Source: a phage
Sequence record: PZ019086.1
Direction: 5' to 3' (one strand)
Length of the DNA: 64,000 nt
Shown here: piece by piece, positions 24,888-34,322 of the stretch
Position numbering within the stretch: position 1 is the first letter of the stretch
Layout of the letters: each line of letters begins with the position of its first letter
Program-made: the position numbers and the translations under genes
The notes under the pieces: generated by a model
The model's input: only the letters and a program-made list of their open reading frames with translations
What the model was told of the DNA's origin: nothing
Databases searched by the model: none

Positions 24888-25807
24888 TGTATTCTTTAGA
24901 GGAATTTAATAATCAAGCAATAAACGCAGATTTCCAACGTAATAATATGTTTAGCTGCGTTTTTGCGACAACTCCATCAACTAAAAGCTCTTCGTTGATA
25001 AGTTCAATTAGCAACTTTTCTTATAATAACTTGGGTCTAAATTCAGATTGGTTAGGATTGACTCAAGGCGATATTAATCAGGGAATTACCACGCTAATTA
25101 CTGCTGGCACACAAAAACTGATAAGAAAATCAGGGGTTAGTAAATATCTTATTGGTGCCATGAGTCAACGTACAGTTCAAAGTTTATTGGGCTCATTTAC
25201 AGTTGGTACATATTTAATTGACTTCTTTAACATGGCATATAACTCATCTGGATTGATGATATATTCTGTAAAAATGCCAGAGAATAGATTATCCTATGAA
25301 ACTGACTGGAACTATAATTCTCCTAATATTCGTATAACTGGGAGAGAATTAGACCCTTTGGTTATTTCATTTAGGATGGATTCAGAAGCATGTAATTATC
25401 GTGCGATGCAAGACTGGGTTAACGCTGTTCAAGACCCAGTAACTGGATTGCGTGCTTTGCCACAAGATGTCGAGGCAGATATTCAGGTTAATCTTCATGC
25501 TCGTAATGGATTACCTCATACTGCGGTGATGTTCACCGGATGCATTCCAGTGTCAGTGAGCGCTCCTGAGTTATCATATGATGGAGATAACCAAATAACT
25601 ACATTTGATGTTACTTTTGCGTATAGAGTCATGCAGGCTGGGTCGGTTGATAGACAAGCTGCGCTTGAGTGGCTTGAATCTGCTGCTATAAACGGTATTC
25701 AAAGCGTTCTCGGAAATAGTGGAGGTGTTACTGGATTATCTAATTCGCTTTCACGACTTAGTAGATTAGGGGGAACTGCTGGAAGCATTTCCAACATTAT
25801 ACTATGA
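24887..25807 (+). CDS. 54: Baseplate tail tube initiator gp54, 306 aa
   Basis: Follows 48 with ATGA overlap; paralog-like to gp19/gp48. Confidence 0.92.
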   Translation: MYSLEEFNNQAINADFQRNNMFSCVFATTPSTKSSSLISSISNFSYNNLGLNSDWLGLTQGDINQGITTLITAGTQKLIRKSGVSKYLIGAMSQRTVQSLLGSFTVGTYLIDFFNMAYNSSGLMIYSVKMPENRLSYETDWNYNSPNIRITGRELDPLVISFRMDSEACNYRAMQDWVNAVQDPVTGLRALPQDVEADIQVNLHARNGLPHTAVMFTGCIPVSVSAPELSYDGDNQITTFDVTFAYRVMQAGSVDRQAALEWLESAAINGIQSVLGNSGGVTGLSNSLSRLSRLGGTAGSISNIIL

Positions 25808-25855
25808 CGGGAATTGTCAATTCGCAAAGTAAAATATTAGGAGCAATATAACAAT

Positions 25856-25885
25856 GGGGACCTTTCGGTCCCCATGTTTTTATTT
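25856..25885 (+). terminator. Rho-independent terminator after gene 54
   Basis: GGGGACC-TTTC-GGTCCCC hairpin followed by ATGTTTTTATTT. Confidence 0.7.
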
Positions 25886-26170
25886 ACGGAATGAAATAAA
25901 AGCAGCAACTGAAGCAACTAAACTGTCTTCAATATAAACTTCAATTTTTACCGGAGCTTCTGACTCAAATTTGCCTGTTACTACACCTTGGAAAATGCTT
26001 TCAGTCTGTTCTGGCTTTGAAAAATTTTCAGAAGGAAAAATTCCGAACTTTTTATCTGTTCCAAAAATTTTGATAAATTCATCATAAACTGCTTCATTAA
26101 AAGCATTATCAGCAGGAATAACGCCTTCAACTACAAGTTCTTGACCTAAAAAGCGCAAAGAAGATTTCAT
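25880..26170 (-). CDS. Hypothetical protein, 96 aa (54/alt intergenic position)
   Basis: ORF with GAGGA RBS; preceded by an early promoter. Confidence 0.6.
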   Translation of the reverse strand: MKSSLRFLGQELVVEGVIPADNAFNEAVYDEFIKIFGTDKKFGIFPSENFSKPEQTESIFQGVVTGKFESEAPVKIEVYIEDSLVASVAAFISFRK

Positions 26171-26195
26171 TTTGTGTTCCTCATGTTATGTCAGT

Positions 26196-26231
26196 AAGAT
26201 TATTATAACACAACACGAGGGACTTGTAAAC
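26196..26231 (-). promoter_or_regulatory. T4-type early promoter: GTTTACA-N17-TATAAT
   Basis: Minus strand reads GTTTACAAGTCCCTCGTGTTGTGTTATAAT; 53-nt region near-identical to 42093-42145. Confidence 0.7.
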
Positions 26232-28288
26232 TACATCTTGAACTTTTTAGACATTCCGTCGATGTTAACCAAAGAAGCTAAGATTTGAGAAACTTCGTTT
26301 TCCTCTTCTTTTGATTCTTCTACAAGGAATTGATTAAATCCAGCCATTGGACGAACTTCACCAGTTTCCATTAGATGGTCGCCATCATATACCGATTCTT
26401 CTAATTGTTCAGAAGGAGGAACGATTGTGCCTTCGATTAGATACTTGTTATAAGCAGTTTCTTTCATCATGTACGTGCTTACTTTATTAATCTTCAACAA
26501 AATTCCACGCGGTAAAATAACTTCAGCTTCTGATGGAAATCCTGATAAATGACCTGGAACGATAACTTTAATTCGCTCAGCCCCTTTAATTACCATACCT
26601 ACGCTAGTTTCAGCATCTTCATTCGCATAAGCAGAGTGACTACCCATATGCATTAAATCTTCAGCATCAACAGAACCTTCTCCTTCACCAGAAAATACTG
26701 CGCCGGAATCATCTAGAGCCATATAGTTTTTACCATGCTCACCGAAGATATTTGGTTTAAGCGATGTTGATACGAAGTTCTTGAAATAGAACATTTTATT
26801 TTCAATATTATGGCGTAAAGTTTTAAAGGTAACTTCTTGTCCACGATAAAGCGTAGTTCCTGGAGGAAGAACTGAACCTTTAGCGAATGCAGAATCCATT
26901 GTCTCGATGTGTTTAATAGCTCGTTCCATGTATTCTTCACGGGTAGAATCTGGTTTACCCAAGAGGAACGAGTTCATTTCAACATATGAATCTGCACAAT
27001 AATCTTCAATTACATCAGACTCAGCCTGAGTCAGTCCTTTTGGAGTTACTTCGGTGCTTGCATATTCATATGCCTGAGCAGCAGATTCATTAATCAATTT
27101 ATAAATGCCATTCATGACAAATTGAATAATAGCTACTTTTTCGTCTGGTGTGGCTTTAGAACCTTTAACTAAATCATTGATAATTTTCTTAATAACATCA
27201 AAGCTATTAGAAATATTAATGTCAGCGAGATCGCTCAAAATTTTATCGGTTTTATAATCAAAAAATTCTTTATTCTTTAAATATTCTTGAGAACCTTGAT
27301 ATGTTATATCGCTCTGCAGCTTGATAGACGGATCACGTAAACGCGCATGGGCCAATGCAATATGATTTCGGAAGCTTTCTAGTTCATAATCGTTAGATTT
27401 AAAACGAGAAGCACTTCTCATACCACCGATAGCTCCTTTGCCGAAGTTTGAACCAATCTGAATAACACCAGAGTTCATTGGTCCTTCTGCTTTATATACC
27501 GGAACTTTAGATTCAAACTCTTGATATTTCTTAGCGGCGAAGCTATCACCCTGAAGTGAAGCATCGACAGTAGAATATTGAGCTTGTGCTGCTAATCGAC
27601 GACTAATTTTAGTTTTCTGAATAACAGCTTGATCCGTACGCTTATCATTTTCTAAAGCAATAGAAGCGGCAACAGCAACAGCTTTAGGAACAGCATTACC
27701 TGTTTTAACGTCTACATAAACATCACCAACCTTTGATTCAACTTTTGTGAATAACTCAGTTGAAATAGGAGGTACACCTGGAATGTCTTCTAAATTGGCA
27801 TTTTTACGGTAAACCATAATATATGCATACTTTTTATCATAATCCCAGATTTCCTTTAAAAGAACATATCGACCTGCTCCTTTAGTACGTACTAAACGGT
27901 CAGCGATAACTTGCATTTGACGAGCTGCACCGTTTGTTTTACTCTTTAGTACGCGGAATAAGCATGCATCAATTTTATACTGTTTCATTGTCTGAAGAGC
28001 GGTATCAAAAACCGCATTAATGACACCAATTGGATTTCCACCTAAATTTTTAAGTTTAACTAATGATAGCTTTTCATTGACACCTATCATTACGATATGC
28101 ATCATTTTATCGCCTGGCTTAACGTTTTTATTTGTATCACCGCCAGAGGTGTATGTACAAAATCTAAATCCAGGAAGCACACTTTCTTCGCCGGCTTGAA
28201 TAGCAAAAATTTGAGGTATTTTATGCTTAGGATTTAAGTTAACAACCGGCGCCGAAGCGCCGTCAAATAATTCTGTAATAAGTTCCAT
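26231..28288 (-). CDS. Alt-like ADP-ribosyltransferase paralog, 685 aa
   Basis: N-terminus MELITELFD shared with Alt; C-terminal R (TLYRGQ), S-T-S (VSTSL) and E-x-E (EAEV) motifs. Confidence 0.85.
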   Translation of the reverse strand: MELITELFDGASAPVVNLNPKHKIPQIFAIQAGEESVLPGFRFCTYTSGGDTNKNVKPGDKMMHIVMIGVNEKLSLVKLKNLGGNPIGVINAVFDTALQTMKQYKIDACLFRVLKSKTNGAARQMQVIADRLVRTKGAGRYVLLKEIWDYDKKYAYIMVYRKNANLEDIPGVPPISTELFTKVESKVGDVYVDVKTGNAVPKAVAVAASIALENDKRTDQAVIQKTKISRRLAAQAQYSTVDASLQGDSFAAKKYQEFESKVPVYKAEGPMNSGVIQIGSNFGKGAIGGMRSASRFKSNDYELESFRNHIALAHARLRDPSIKLQSDITYQGSQEYLKNKEFFDYKTDKILSDLADINISNSFDVIKKIINDLVKGSKATPDEKVAIIQFVMNGIYKLINESAAQAYEYASTEVTPKGLTQAESDVIEDYCADSYVEMNSFLLGKPDSTREEYMERAIKHIETMDSAFAKGSVLPPGTTLYRGQEVTFKTLRHNIENKMFYFKNFVSTSLKPNIFGEHGKNYMALDDSGAVFSGEGEGSVDAEDLMHMGSHSAYANEDAETSVGMVIKGAERIKVIVPGHLSGFPSEAEVILPRGILLKINKVSTYMMKETAYNKYLIEGTIVPPSEQLEESVYDGDHLMETGEVRPMAGFNQFLVEESKEEENEVSQILASLVNIDGMSKKFKM

Positions 28289-28291
28289 GAT

Positions 28292-30340
28292 TTATCCTTG
28301 AACGAACTTGTAAGGCATGTTTGCGATATCTATGCAAGACGCAATAATTCCAAGAGATGATTCTGCTTTTTGTTTAACATTTGATGAAACAAATGATGCA
28401 AAGTCAACTCTATCTTCTATATCACCTGTCATTGTAACCAATTCACCAGTTTCCATTAAACGGTCACCGTCATAAATTACCGATTCGGTGAGTTCTTCTG
28501 TGGTCATAACTTCAGCTTGAATAAGCTTGTTGTTAGTTCTAACTGTTCCATCGTTGTAAGATGCATCAGTTATTTTATTGACTTTGACCATTAATCCACG
28601 TGGCAAAATGACTTCCATTTCATTTGAAGGTGCTAAACTTCCACCGGGTAAAACAACATTGACTTTATCAGCTCCAGTAATAACCCATCCAATTCCAACT
28701 AAATTATCGCTAGAATTAACAAGCCCTTCATCATTTTTATCGACAGAAATGCTTAGACGCTTTTCATCTGGTAAAACACCCACAGCTGAATCAGTCATCC
28801 AAGTACCAAAAATGTTTGGATATAATGATGTTGATACAAAATTTCTAAAATAAAAAACTCGATTTTTTACCAGTGCTTCATATATTGAAGGTAACATTCG
28901 TTGTGAACGATACAAAGTAATACCTTTTGGTAATCGTTCACCATTTTTAAAGGCTGAATCTAAATTATCAATGGCTTGTTCTATTTCAGGTGCTGTTAAA
29001 ATACTTGTACGCTCATCTGGATTATATAATCCCAAAAGAGCATTATTCATGTCTACATATCCTGAACCTACATATTCACGAATTCCGCGTTTTTGCGCTG
29101 GTGTGTATTTAGATGAATCTTTATTTTCGACTATAGGATGTAATGACCATCCAGCGGTAAGAGCATATCCACGTAATTCTCTTCGAATAATCTTTGTTTT
29201 TATTGCATTCCAAGAATTTTGTACTAACTCATTTGCAGCATCTTGGTTTAAATGCGAATGTCTGTTAATATTTCTTTCAAACCAAGCACCTTTATATTTT
29301 TCTAAAGTATCATCGACGATAGAAGCAATAGTTTCTAAAGTTTTTATTGAAGTAATAGATTCTTTTCGTAATTTTTCTAAAGCTTTATTTTTTATTTCTG
29401 CATTAACGTCAGATTCTTTATCTTCAGGAATTATAGAAGCTTCTCTGAATGCCATTCCAGCTGTAACACTATTAAGAGCATTCTCTAATGCAAATCCTGA
29501 AGTAGAAATAACAGTTAATTCGTTAGCATCAGAAATTAAAGGCGCGTCGGCGGGTTTATTTAATTCTGCTGCTGAAGCCTCAAATTTTTGAAACATTGGT
29601 GTTTCAAATCTAGAAGATTCTAATGATTGACTTTGTGCAATTGCTCTACGGGAAATTTTAACTTTAACGATTACAGCTTGGTCAGAACGCTTATCATTTT
29701 CTTGTGCAATAGATGCTGCAATTGCCTCATTTTTAGTTACTTGAGCTCCAGTATCTTTATTGATATAAACATCACCGACCTTCGATTCAACTTTAGTAAA
29801 GAGCTCGGTACTAATTTCCGGAACTCCTGGAATGTCTTCTAGTGATACATTTTTGCGATGTATAAGAATATATGCATACTTTTTATCATAATCCCAGAGT
29901 TCCTTAAGAAGGACGTATCTGCCACCTGAACGACTACGGATAAGTCTATCAGCAATAACTTGAATTTGTCGAGCTTGACCAGCAGTTTTAGACTTAAGAA
30001 TACGAAGCATGCAGGCATCAATTTTATACTGGCGCATCGTCTGCATTGCAACAGTAAAAACTGAATTGATGTAATTAATTGGGCTTGGACCGAGACCTTT
30101 TAATTTAGCAATTGAACCTTTAGCAGTTAATGTAAAAGGAACAATATGCATCATTTTATCACCCATTTTTAAATCGCGATTAGTATCACCTCCAGATGTA
30201 TAGGTACATAAACGAAAGCCTGGTTGTTCAATTGCATCATCAACGTGAACTGAAAAAATTTGTGGTATTTTCTTCTTTGGATTTAAGTTTGTAATCGGAA
30301 GAGTAGTATCTTCGTCAAATAATTCTGTAATAAGTTCCAT
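28292..30340 (-). CDS. alt: Alt ADP-ribosyltransferase, about 682 aa
   Basis: Matches remembered T4 Alt N-terminus MELITELFDEDTTLPITNL; R/STS/ExE motifs (TLYRSQ, VSTSL, EMEV); minus-strand late promoter just upstream. Confidence 0.93.
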   Translation of the reverse strand: MELITELFDEDTTLPITNLNPKKKIPQIFSVHVDDAIEQPGFRLCTYTSGGDTNRDLKMGDKMMHIVPFTLTAKGSIAKLKGLGPSPINYINSVFTVAMQTMRQYKIDACMLRILKSKTAGQARQIQVIADRLIRSRSGGRYVLLKELWDYDKKYAYILIHRKNVSLEDIPGVPEISTELFTKVESKVGDVYINKDTGAQVTKNEAIAASIAQENDKRSDQAVIVKVKISRRAIAQSQSLESSRFETPMFQKFEASAAELNKPADAPLISDANELTVISTSGFALENALNSVTAGMAFREASIIPEDKESDVNAEIKNKALEKLRKESITSIKTLETIASIVDDTLEKYKGAWFERNINRHSHLNQDAANELVQNSWNAIKTKIIRRELRGYALTAGWSLHPIVENKDSSKYTPAQKRGIREYVGSGYVDMNNALLGLYNPDERTSILTAPEIEQAIDNLDSAFKNGERLPKGITLYRSQRMLPSIYEALVKNRVFYFRNFVSTSLYPNIFGTWMTDSAVGVLPDEKRLSISVDKNDEGLVNSSDNLVGIGWVITGADKVNVVLPGGSLAPSNEMEVILPRGLMVKVNKITDASYNDGTVRTNNKLIQAEVMTTEELTESVIYDGDRLMETGELVTMTGDIEDRVDFASFVSSNVKQKAESSLGIIASCIDIANMPYKFVQG

Positions 30341-30363
30341 CATAGCCTCTCTAGTGTTTATTC

Positions 30364-30371
30364 TATTTATA
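30364..30371 (-). promoter_or_regulatory. Late promoter TATAAATA (minus strand) upstream of alt
   Basis: Plus-strand TATTTATA, i.e. TATAAATA on the minus strand, about 20 nt upstream of alt start. Confidence 0.6.
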
Positions 30372-30392
30372 AAATTAAAGGCCCGAAGGCCT

Positions 30393-30581
30393 TTAATAAT
30401 CTATTGGTAAGAGAGTACGGTATATTTCAAACTTTGGGCCTTTTTCGTAGGCATCAAATGTTTCTGTAAATTTATTATAAGCATATGCATCTACAAATTC
30501 GAGAACGATTTGTGATACAGAAGTAGAAACATCTCCACCTTCTTTTTGAGCAACGACAATTGTTTCTAAGTAAGCTTTCAT
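30393..30581 (-). CDS. Hypothetical small protein, 62 aa, coupled to gene 30 stop
   Basis: ATG overlaps gene 30 TGA (ATGA); no domain recognised. Confidence 0.45.
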   Translation of the reverse strand: MKAYLETIVVAQKEGGDVSTSVSQIVLEFVDAYAYNKFTETFDAYEKGPKFEIYRTLLPIDY

Positions 30582-32041
30582 AGACCAGTTACCTCATGAA
30601 AATCACCAAATACATCCTCGAATGTATTAGCTTTAGTTTTATCTTCACGTAAACGAATCGCAATTGGAAGAAATAATTTTACGTAATCAGTGCGGCCATC
30701 AGATTTTAACCAACCATTGCATTCGCACTCTAGAATTTTTCCAATATAATAATTTTGGTTTTCCATAATGCGAGTACGGTCAAGTTCATGCGATTTTACA
30801 CCGGCTTTATCTTTTAAGCCTGAACCAGCATTTACTTTAATTTTTCCACACTCTGATTCAAGAATAAATCCACCTGCTTTAGTAGGGTCTTTACGATGAG
30901 GATAAATTCCTACAATTTTTAAATCAACATCAATTACTTCTTTAAATTTATAGAGATTTTTTGAACGAGAATTTTCCCATAATCCATCGGTATTTTTGAG
31001 AATAATACCTTCAAGACCTTGGTCAATATACTTTTTATAAATTACCTTAGCTTCATCTAGGTTATTTACTACCTGGTTTTCAATTAAAATTACTTTATCA
31101 TATCCTGATGTCATTTGTTCTAGTTTAGAAAAACGTACATCATATTTTAAACGAAACGCCGGAAGACCATATATTTCTACCAACGGGACATAATCCCAGA
31201 CCTGAAACTTCATGCATTGAGCTTCTTTTTCAGAAATGGTTCCTTTTAAGGATTTATTGGCGATTCCATTAGAAGTAGTACGAGATTCTGCTACTTCGGC
31301 GAATTCTTTAGCTTTACTAATTTCAGGATAAGCATCAAAAAGAAAATCTAGGCCTTCTGGTTCCTTTTCAACTTGCTCATGGTATACCAATTCGCCATCA
31401 ATTAACACACCTTCTGGATGAATCTGGCGGGCTTCAGCAGTCATTTTGATTAACTCTTCCTTGAGAAGATCTAATCCTAGATATTCATTACCGGCTCGTG
31501 ATAAAAGACGAACATCATCTAATTCATCACCTCGGACTTCAGCAAAACACCGAGCTCCATCTGCTTTTAACTGCGCGAAGGCTGGAAATTTGATATTCTT
31601 ACTAATGCCTTTTTCATCATAAGAACTTGCCAGCATTTGAGGTTGTTCAGGAATTAAACCTGGCCAAACTTTGTTTGCAATAGATACTGAAGCACCGCAT
31701 TCAAGGTCTCGCATCATAACTCGACGCAAAACTTCAACATCATCCTTTTTACCATCAGTGATATATCCAGTTAATTCCTCAATTGCAGCATTTCCAGTCA
31801 ATTTCCGAGTAGCTAACGTGAATTCAATGAAGTCAAGCATATCGGTAATAGTCAGCATTCCAAAACTCTGGGTAGCAATACCAGGCTTAGGCCATTTCTT
31901 AATATAATACTGTAACCCACGAGAATAAGTCAGACGATATACCCGTTTAAGCAATTCATTATCTTTATTCTTTTCAAGAATTGCTTGCTTCTGCTTAGTT
32001 GATCCAATAGATGCTATTTCATTCAGAATTTTAAGAATCAT
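30578..32041 (-). CDS. 30: ATP-dependent DNA ligase (gp30), 487 aa
   Basis: 487 aa; adenylation motif KADGAR; matches T4 ligase length. Confidence 0.95.
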   Translation of the reverse strand: MILKILNEIASIGSTKQKQAILEKNKDNELLKRVYRLTYSRGLQYYIKKWPKPGIATQSFGMLTITDMLDFIEFTLATRKLTGNAAIEELTGYITDGKKDDVEVLRRVMMRDLECGASVSIANKVWPGLIPEQPQMLASSYDEKGISKNIKFPAFAQLKADGARCFAEVRGDELDDVRLLSRAGNEYLGLDLLKEELIKMTAEARQIHPEGVLIDGELVYHEQVEKEPEGLDFLFDAYPEISKAKEFAEVAESRTTSNGIANKSLKGTISEKEAQCMKFQVWDYVPLVEIYGLPAFRLKYDVRFSKLEQMTSGYDKVILIENQVVNNLDEAKVIYKKYIDQGLEGIILKNTDGLWENSRSKNLYKFKEVIDVDLKIVGIYPHRKDPTKAGGFILESECGKIKVNAGSGLKDKAGVKSHELDRTRIMENQNYYIGKILECECNGWLKSDGRTDYVKLFLPIAIRLREDKTKANTFEDVFGDFHEVTGL

Positions 32042-32307
32042 TGTTCATCCTTCAGAGTTTGATTTACAGCTCTATTATAAATCAATTCATCATTAAGCTC
32101 AGTTAAAGACCTATGATATGTAGTTCTAACTTTATTTCCTTGCATCCAGTGCTTGATATAAATGAAACCTTGCTCTACACATTTTTTAAAAATTCGTTCG
32201 TCTTTTTGAGCTCGGAATTCTGGATTACATCTAAAGAATTGATTTACGTGACCGTAATCACGTGTAGTATTACCTTCATTTTCATAAATAGTGTGAACGA
32301 CAAACAT
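32038..32307 (-). CDS. Hypothetical protein (T4 30.1 position), 89 aa
   Basis: ORF coupled to neighbours on the same strand. Confidence 0.6.
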   Translation of the reverse strand: MFVVHTIYENEGNTTRDYGHVNQFFRCNPEFRAQKDERIFKKCVEQGFIYIKHWMQGNKVRTTYHRSLTELNDELIYNRAVNQTLKDEQ

Positions 32308-33146
32308 TAGAATGCTCCTTGGAAAATATTATCACCGCTAGTAGGTCTATTATACAAATACTCTATGCCACCAGGTTTAATATAGTTCCATGTCTGAAAC
32401 GGATGTGTCTGATATGGATGATATAGATGATTATAAGGATTAAATCCAGGCGTTCTCCAGGTAGTGTTCCAAGGAAAAGAATCGTTTTTAACCATCTTCT
32501 CAATTAAATCTTTTATAGCTTTTTCACTATCAAAACTTTCTTTATTTTCCTTTGGTGAAAAAAGCTTATTTTCTACATCATTCCATGTATAAACTCGCTG
32601 CGCAGTTTTTGGAATATTGTCACGCTCTCCTCGAGCCATCCAATAAACCGGAACATTTAATATTTCACTCGCATGATCGCAGTGGTGAGCAAGATCGTCA
32701 ATATAACAAATTACGTTATATTTCTCTTTTGCCTTTTTAAACAACTCTTCTTTTGAAGAATCATGACCACACATCATTACTTCTGAGAAGGCACCAGGAA
32801 AAAGAGCATTCAAATTAAATTGACGATTCAACAGAGCGTCAATAGAATCACCCAATGCTGTAACAGCTACAAAATTATAATCTTCTTTTAATTTGTTAAT
32901 TACACACAGGGCATCTTTATATGGAGACAAGTAACGAATAAAATCTGATCGATTGTATTTTTCAATTAGCTTGACACCGAGTTCTTCATCGCAATTAAAG
33001 AGTTTACCTGGAGAAATAAATTTCTCATCTTGGATCATTTTTAAAATATGTTCTAACGGAAGATTATATTTCTGAGCAAAATAAGGAAGGCCTGATTGCC
33101 AGCTTAAACATACTCCATCAATATCAGTTAAAATAGTAGGCTTCAT
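32307..33146 (-). CDS. HAD-superfamily phosphatase-like protein (T4 30.2 position), 279 aa
   Basis: N-terminal DxDGV motif (LTDIDGV) typical of HAD hydrolases and 5-prime nucleotidases. Confidence 0.7.
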   Translation of the reverse strand: MKPTILTDIDGVCLSWQSGLPYFAQKYNLPLEHILKMIQDEKFISPGKLFNCDEELGVKLIEKYNRSDFIRYLSPYKDALCVINKLKEDYNFVAVTALGDSIDALLNRQFNLNALFPGAFSEVMMCGHDSSKEELFKKAKEKYNVICYIDDLAHHCDHASEILNVPVYWMARGERDNIPKTAQRVYTWNDVENKLFSPKENKESFDSEKAIKDLIEKMVKNDSFPWNTTWRTPGFNPYNHLYHPYQTHPFQTWNYIKPGGIEYLYNRPTSGDNIFQGAF

Positions 33147-33607
33147 AGAGAGTCTCTTAATAGATTTAACACATCAATAAATTCAGCTTCGGTTAGTATT
33201 GTATCATCTTTTGTTAGACCACTAGCCATGCTGTGCTTCAAAACTTTTCCTTTTGAGGCTTGTAATGCATCACGAAAGCCCCTGTTTTGGATCGCTGCTT
33301 CAAAATATGCATTTGTGTATAATTCTTTCCATGCTTCGGAATATCTTGAAAACGGAGTTCCAAGCCAGAACAACGTGCCACGGTCCTGAGCTCTAGCATA
33401 AGACCTTCCAGCTTGTTGGGCGGCAATCCCGGATAACCTAAATATACGTCTTTGCTGTTCAACATTTTTCACCTTACATCCTTGTAGGAATCCTTCGAGA
33501 CCTCCAAATTGAATGCCATCCATGACGAAAGGCCATTGGGCGAAATTACTTAATGCGCATGATGGCCATCTAAAATTGCTTCTTATCTCTAACTCAGACA
33601 TTTTCAA
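33143..33607 (-). CDS. NADAR (YbiA-like, DUF1768) domain protein (T4 30.3 position), 154 aa
   Basis: LSNFAQWPFVMDG ... GFLQGCK resembles the YbiA FSNFAAWP ... EHYFQAQKF core. Confidence 0.72.
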   Translation of the reverse strand: MKMSELEIRSNFRWPSCALSNFAQWPFVMDGIQFGGLEGFLQGCKVKNVEQQRRIFRLSGIAAQQAGRSYARAQDRGTLFWLGTPFSRYSEAWKELYTNAYFEAAIQNRGFRDALQASKGKVLKHSMASGLTKDDTILTEAEFIDVLNLLRDSL

Positions 33608-33800
33608 TACTTATAATTTCAACATCAGCCCAATGACCATAGCAAGGAAGACGAAATTCAACTGGCCAGTTAGGGTCCTTTTCTAATATAATAGACTGAA
33701 CTTGTGGCTCTTCATATTCATCGGTATACGGACCTTTATACGTTACTTTATATGTGACCTTAATATACTGAATTCCAAAAATCTTATTAATTATATTCAT
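33594..33800 (-). CDS. Hypothetical protein, 68 aa
   Basis: ORF in tightly coupled series. Confidence 0.5.
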   Translation of the reverse strand: MNIINKIFGIQYIKVTYKVTYKGPYTDEYEEPQVQSIILEKDPNWPVEFRLPCYGHWADVEIISIENV

Positions 33801-33994
33801 ACTAATTCCTTTAATCCATAGATAGGAGATAATTCATCGCCCATGCGAAGGTCTTCATTTCCATCTACCCAGGAAACAATATAAGCTTCTTTTATTTGAA
33901 CGTCTCTCCATTTAAATGGAGGTAGAACCTTAGAAATTAATCCAGGTATACCGACTCCCTTTAATTCAACAGTTTGACCTAAAAAGAATTTCAT
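33797..33994 (-). CDS. Hypothetical protein, 65 aa
   Basis: ORF in tightly coupled series. Confidence 0.5.
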   Translation of the reverse strand: MKFFLGQTVELKGVGIPGLISKVLPPFKWRDVQIKEAYIVSWVDGNEDLRMGDELSPIYGLKELV

Positions 33995-34281
33995 TAGAAC
34001 CTCATCTGAAAACCGTGCGATTTAACATTACCGCCGCCAATGTCAGAAATGTTAATTTCACGCGCAATTGAAGGGTCAATGTCAATTTCACGATTGAGTT
34101 TAGTGATAGCTAAAGTATCGCGCCCATTTACAGTACGGAACTCTAAAGGACATACTACATTAACGTAGTTTTTAATCGATTCGCTGGTAGGTTGCAAATG
34201 AGCAGGAAGGTCTTTAGGTGCCTTAGAGAAAACCACTTCACAGAAATTTTTGCGGGTATCAAAATAAGTAGTCATAAACAT
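33994..34281 (-). CDS. Hypothetical protein, 95 aa
   Basis: ORF in tightly coupled series. Confidence 0.55.
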   Translation of the reverse strand: MFMTTYFDTRKNFCEVVFSKAPKDLPAHLQPTSESIKNYVNVVCPLEFRTVNGRDTLAITKLNREIDIDPSIAREINISDIGGGNVKSHGFQMRF

Positions 34282-34322
34282 AGTATTTTCCTCAGTAAGG
34301 GGCCGAAGCCCCTCATTTTATT

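Noticed and set aside
28971-29591. 206-aa plus-strand ORF inside the alt coding region
   Set aside because: Antisense to a well-supported gene with conserved catalytic motifs; no RBS; low-complexity composition typical of shadow ORFs.
34298-34320. Hairpin AGGGGC-CGAA-GCCCCT with plus-strand T-run between two minus-strand ORFs
   Set aside because: Oriented as a plus-strand terminator in a purely minus-strand gene block; may be an RNA-stability or antisense-blocking hairpin but evidence is insufficient to annotate.
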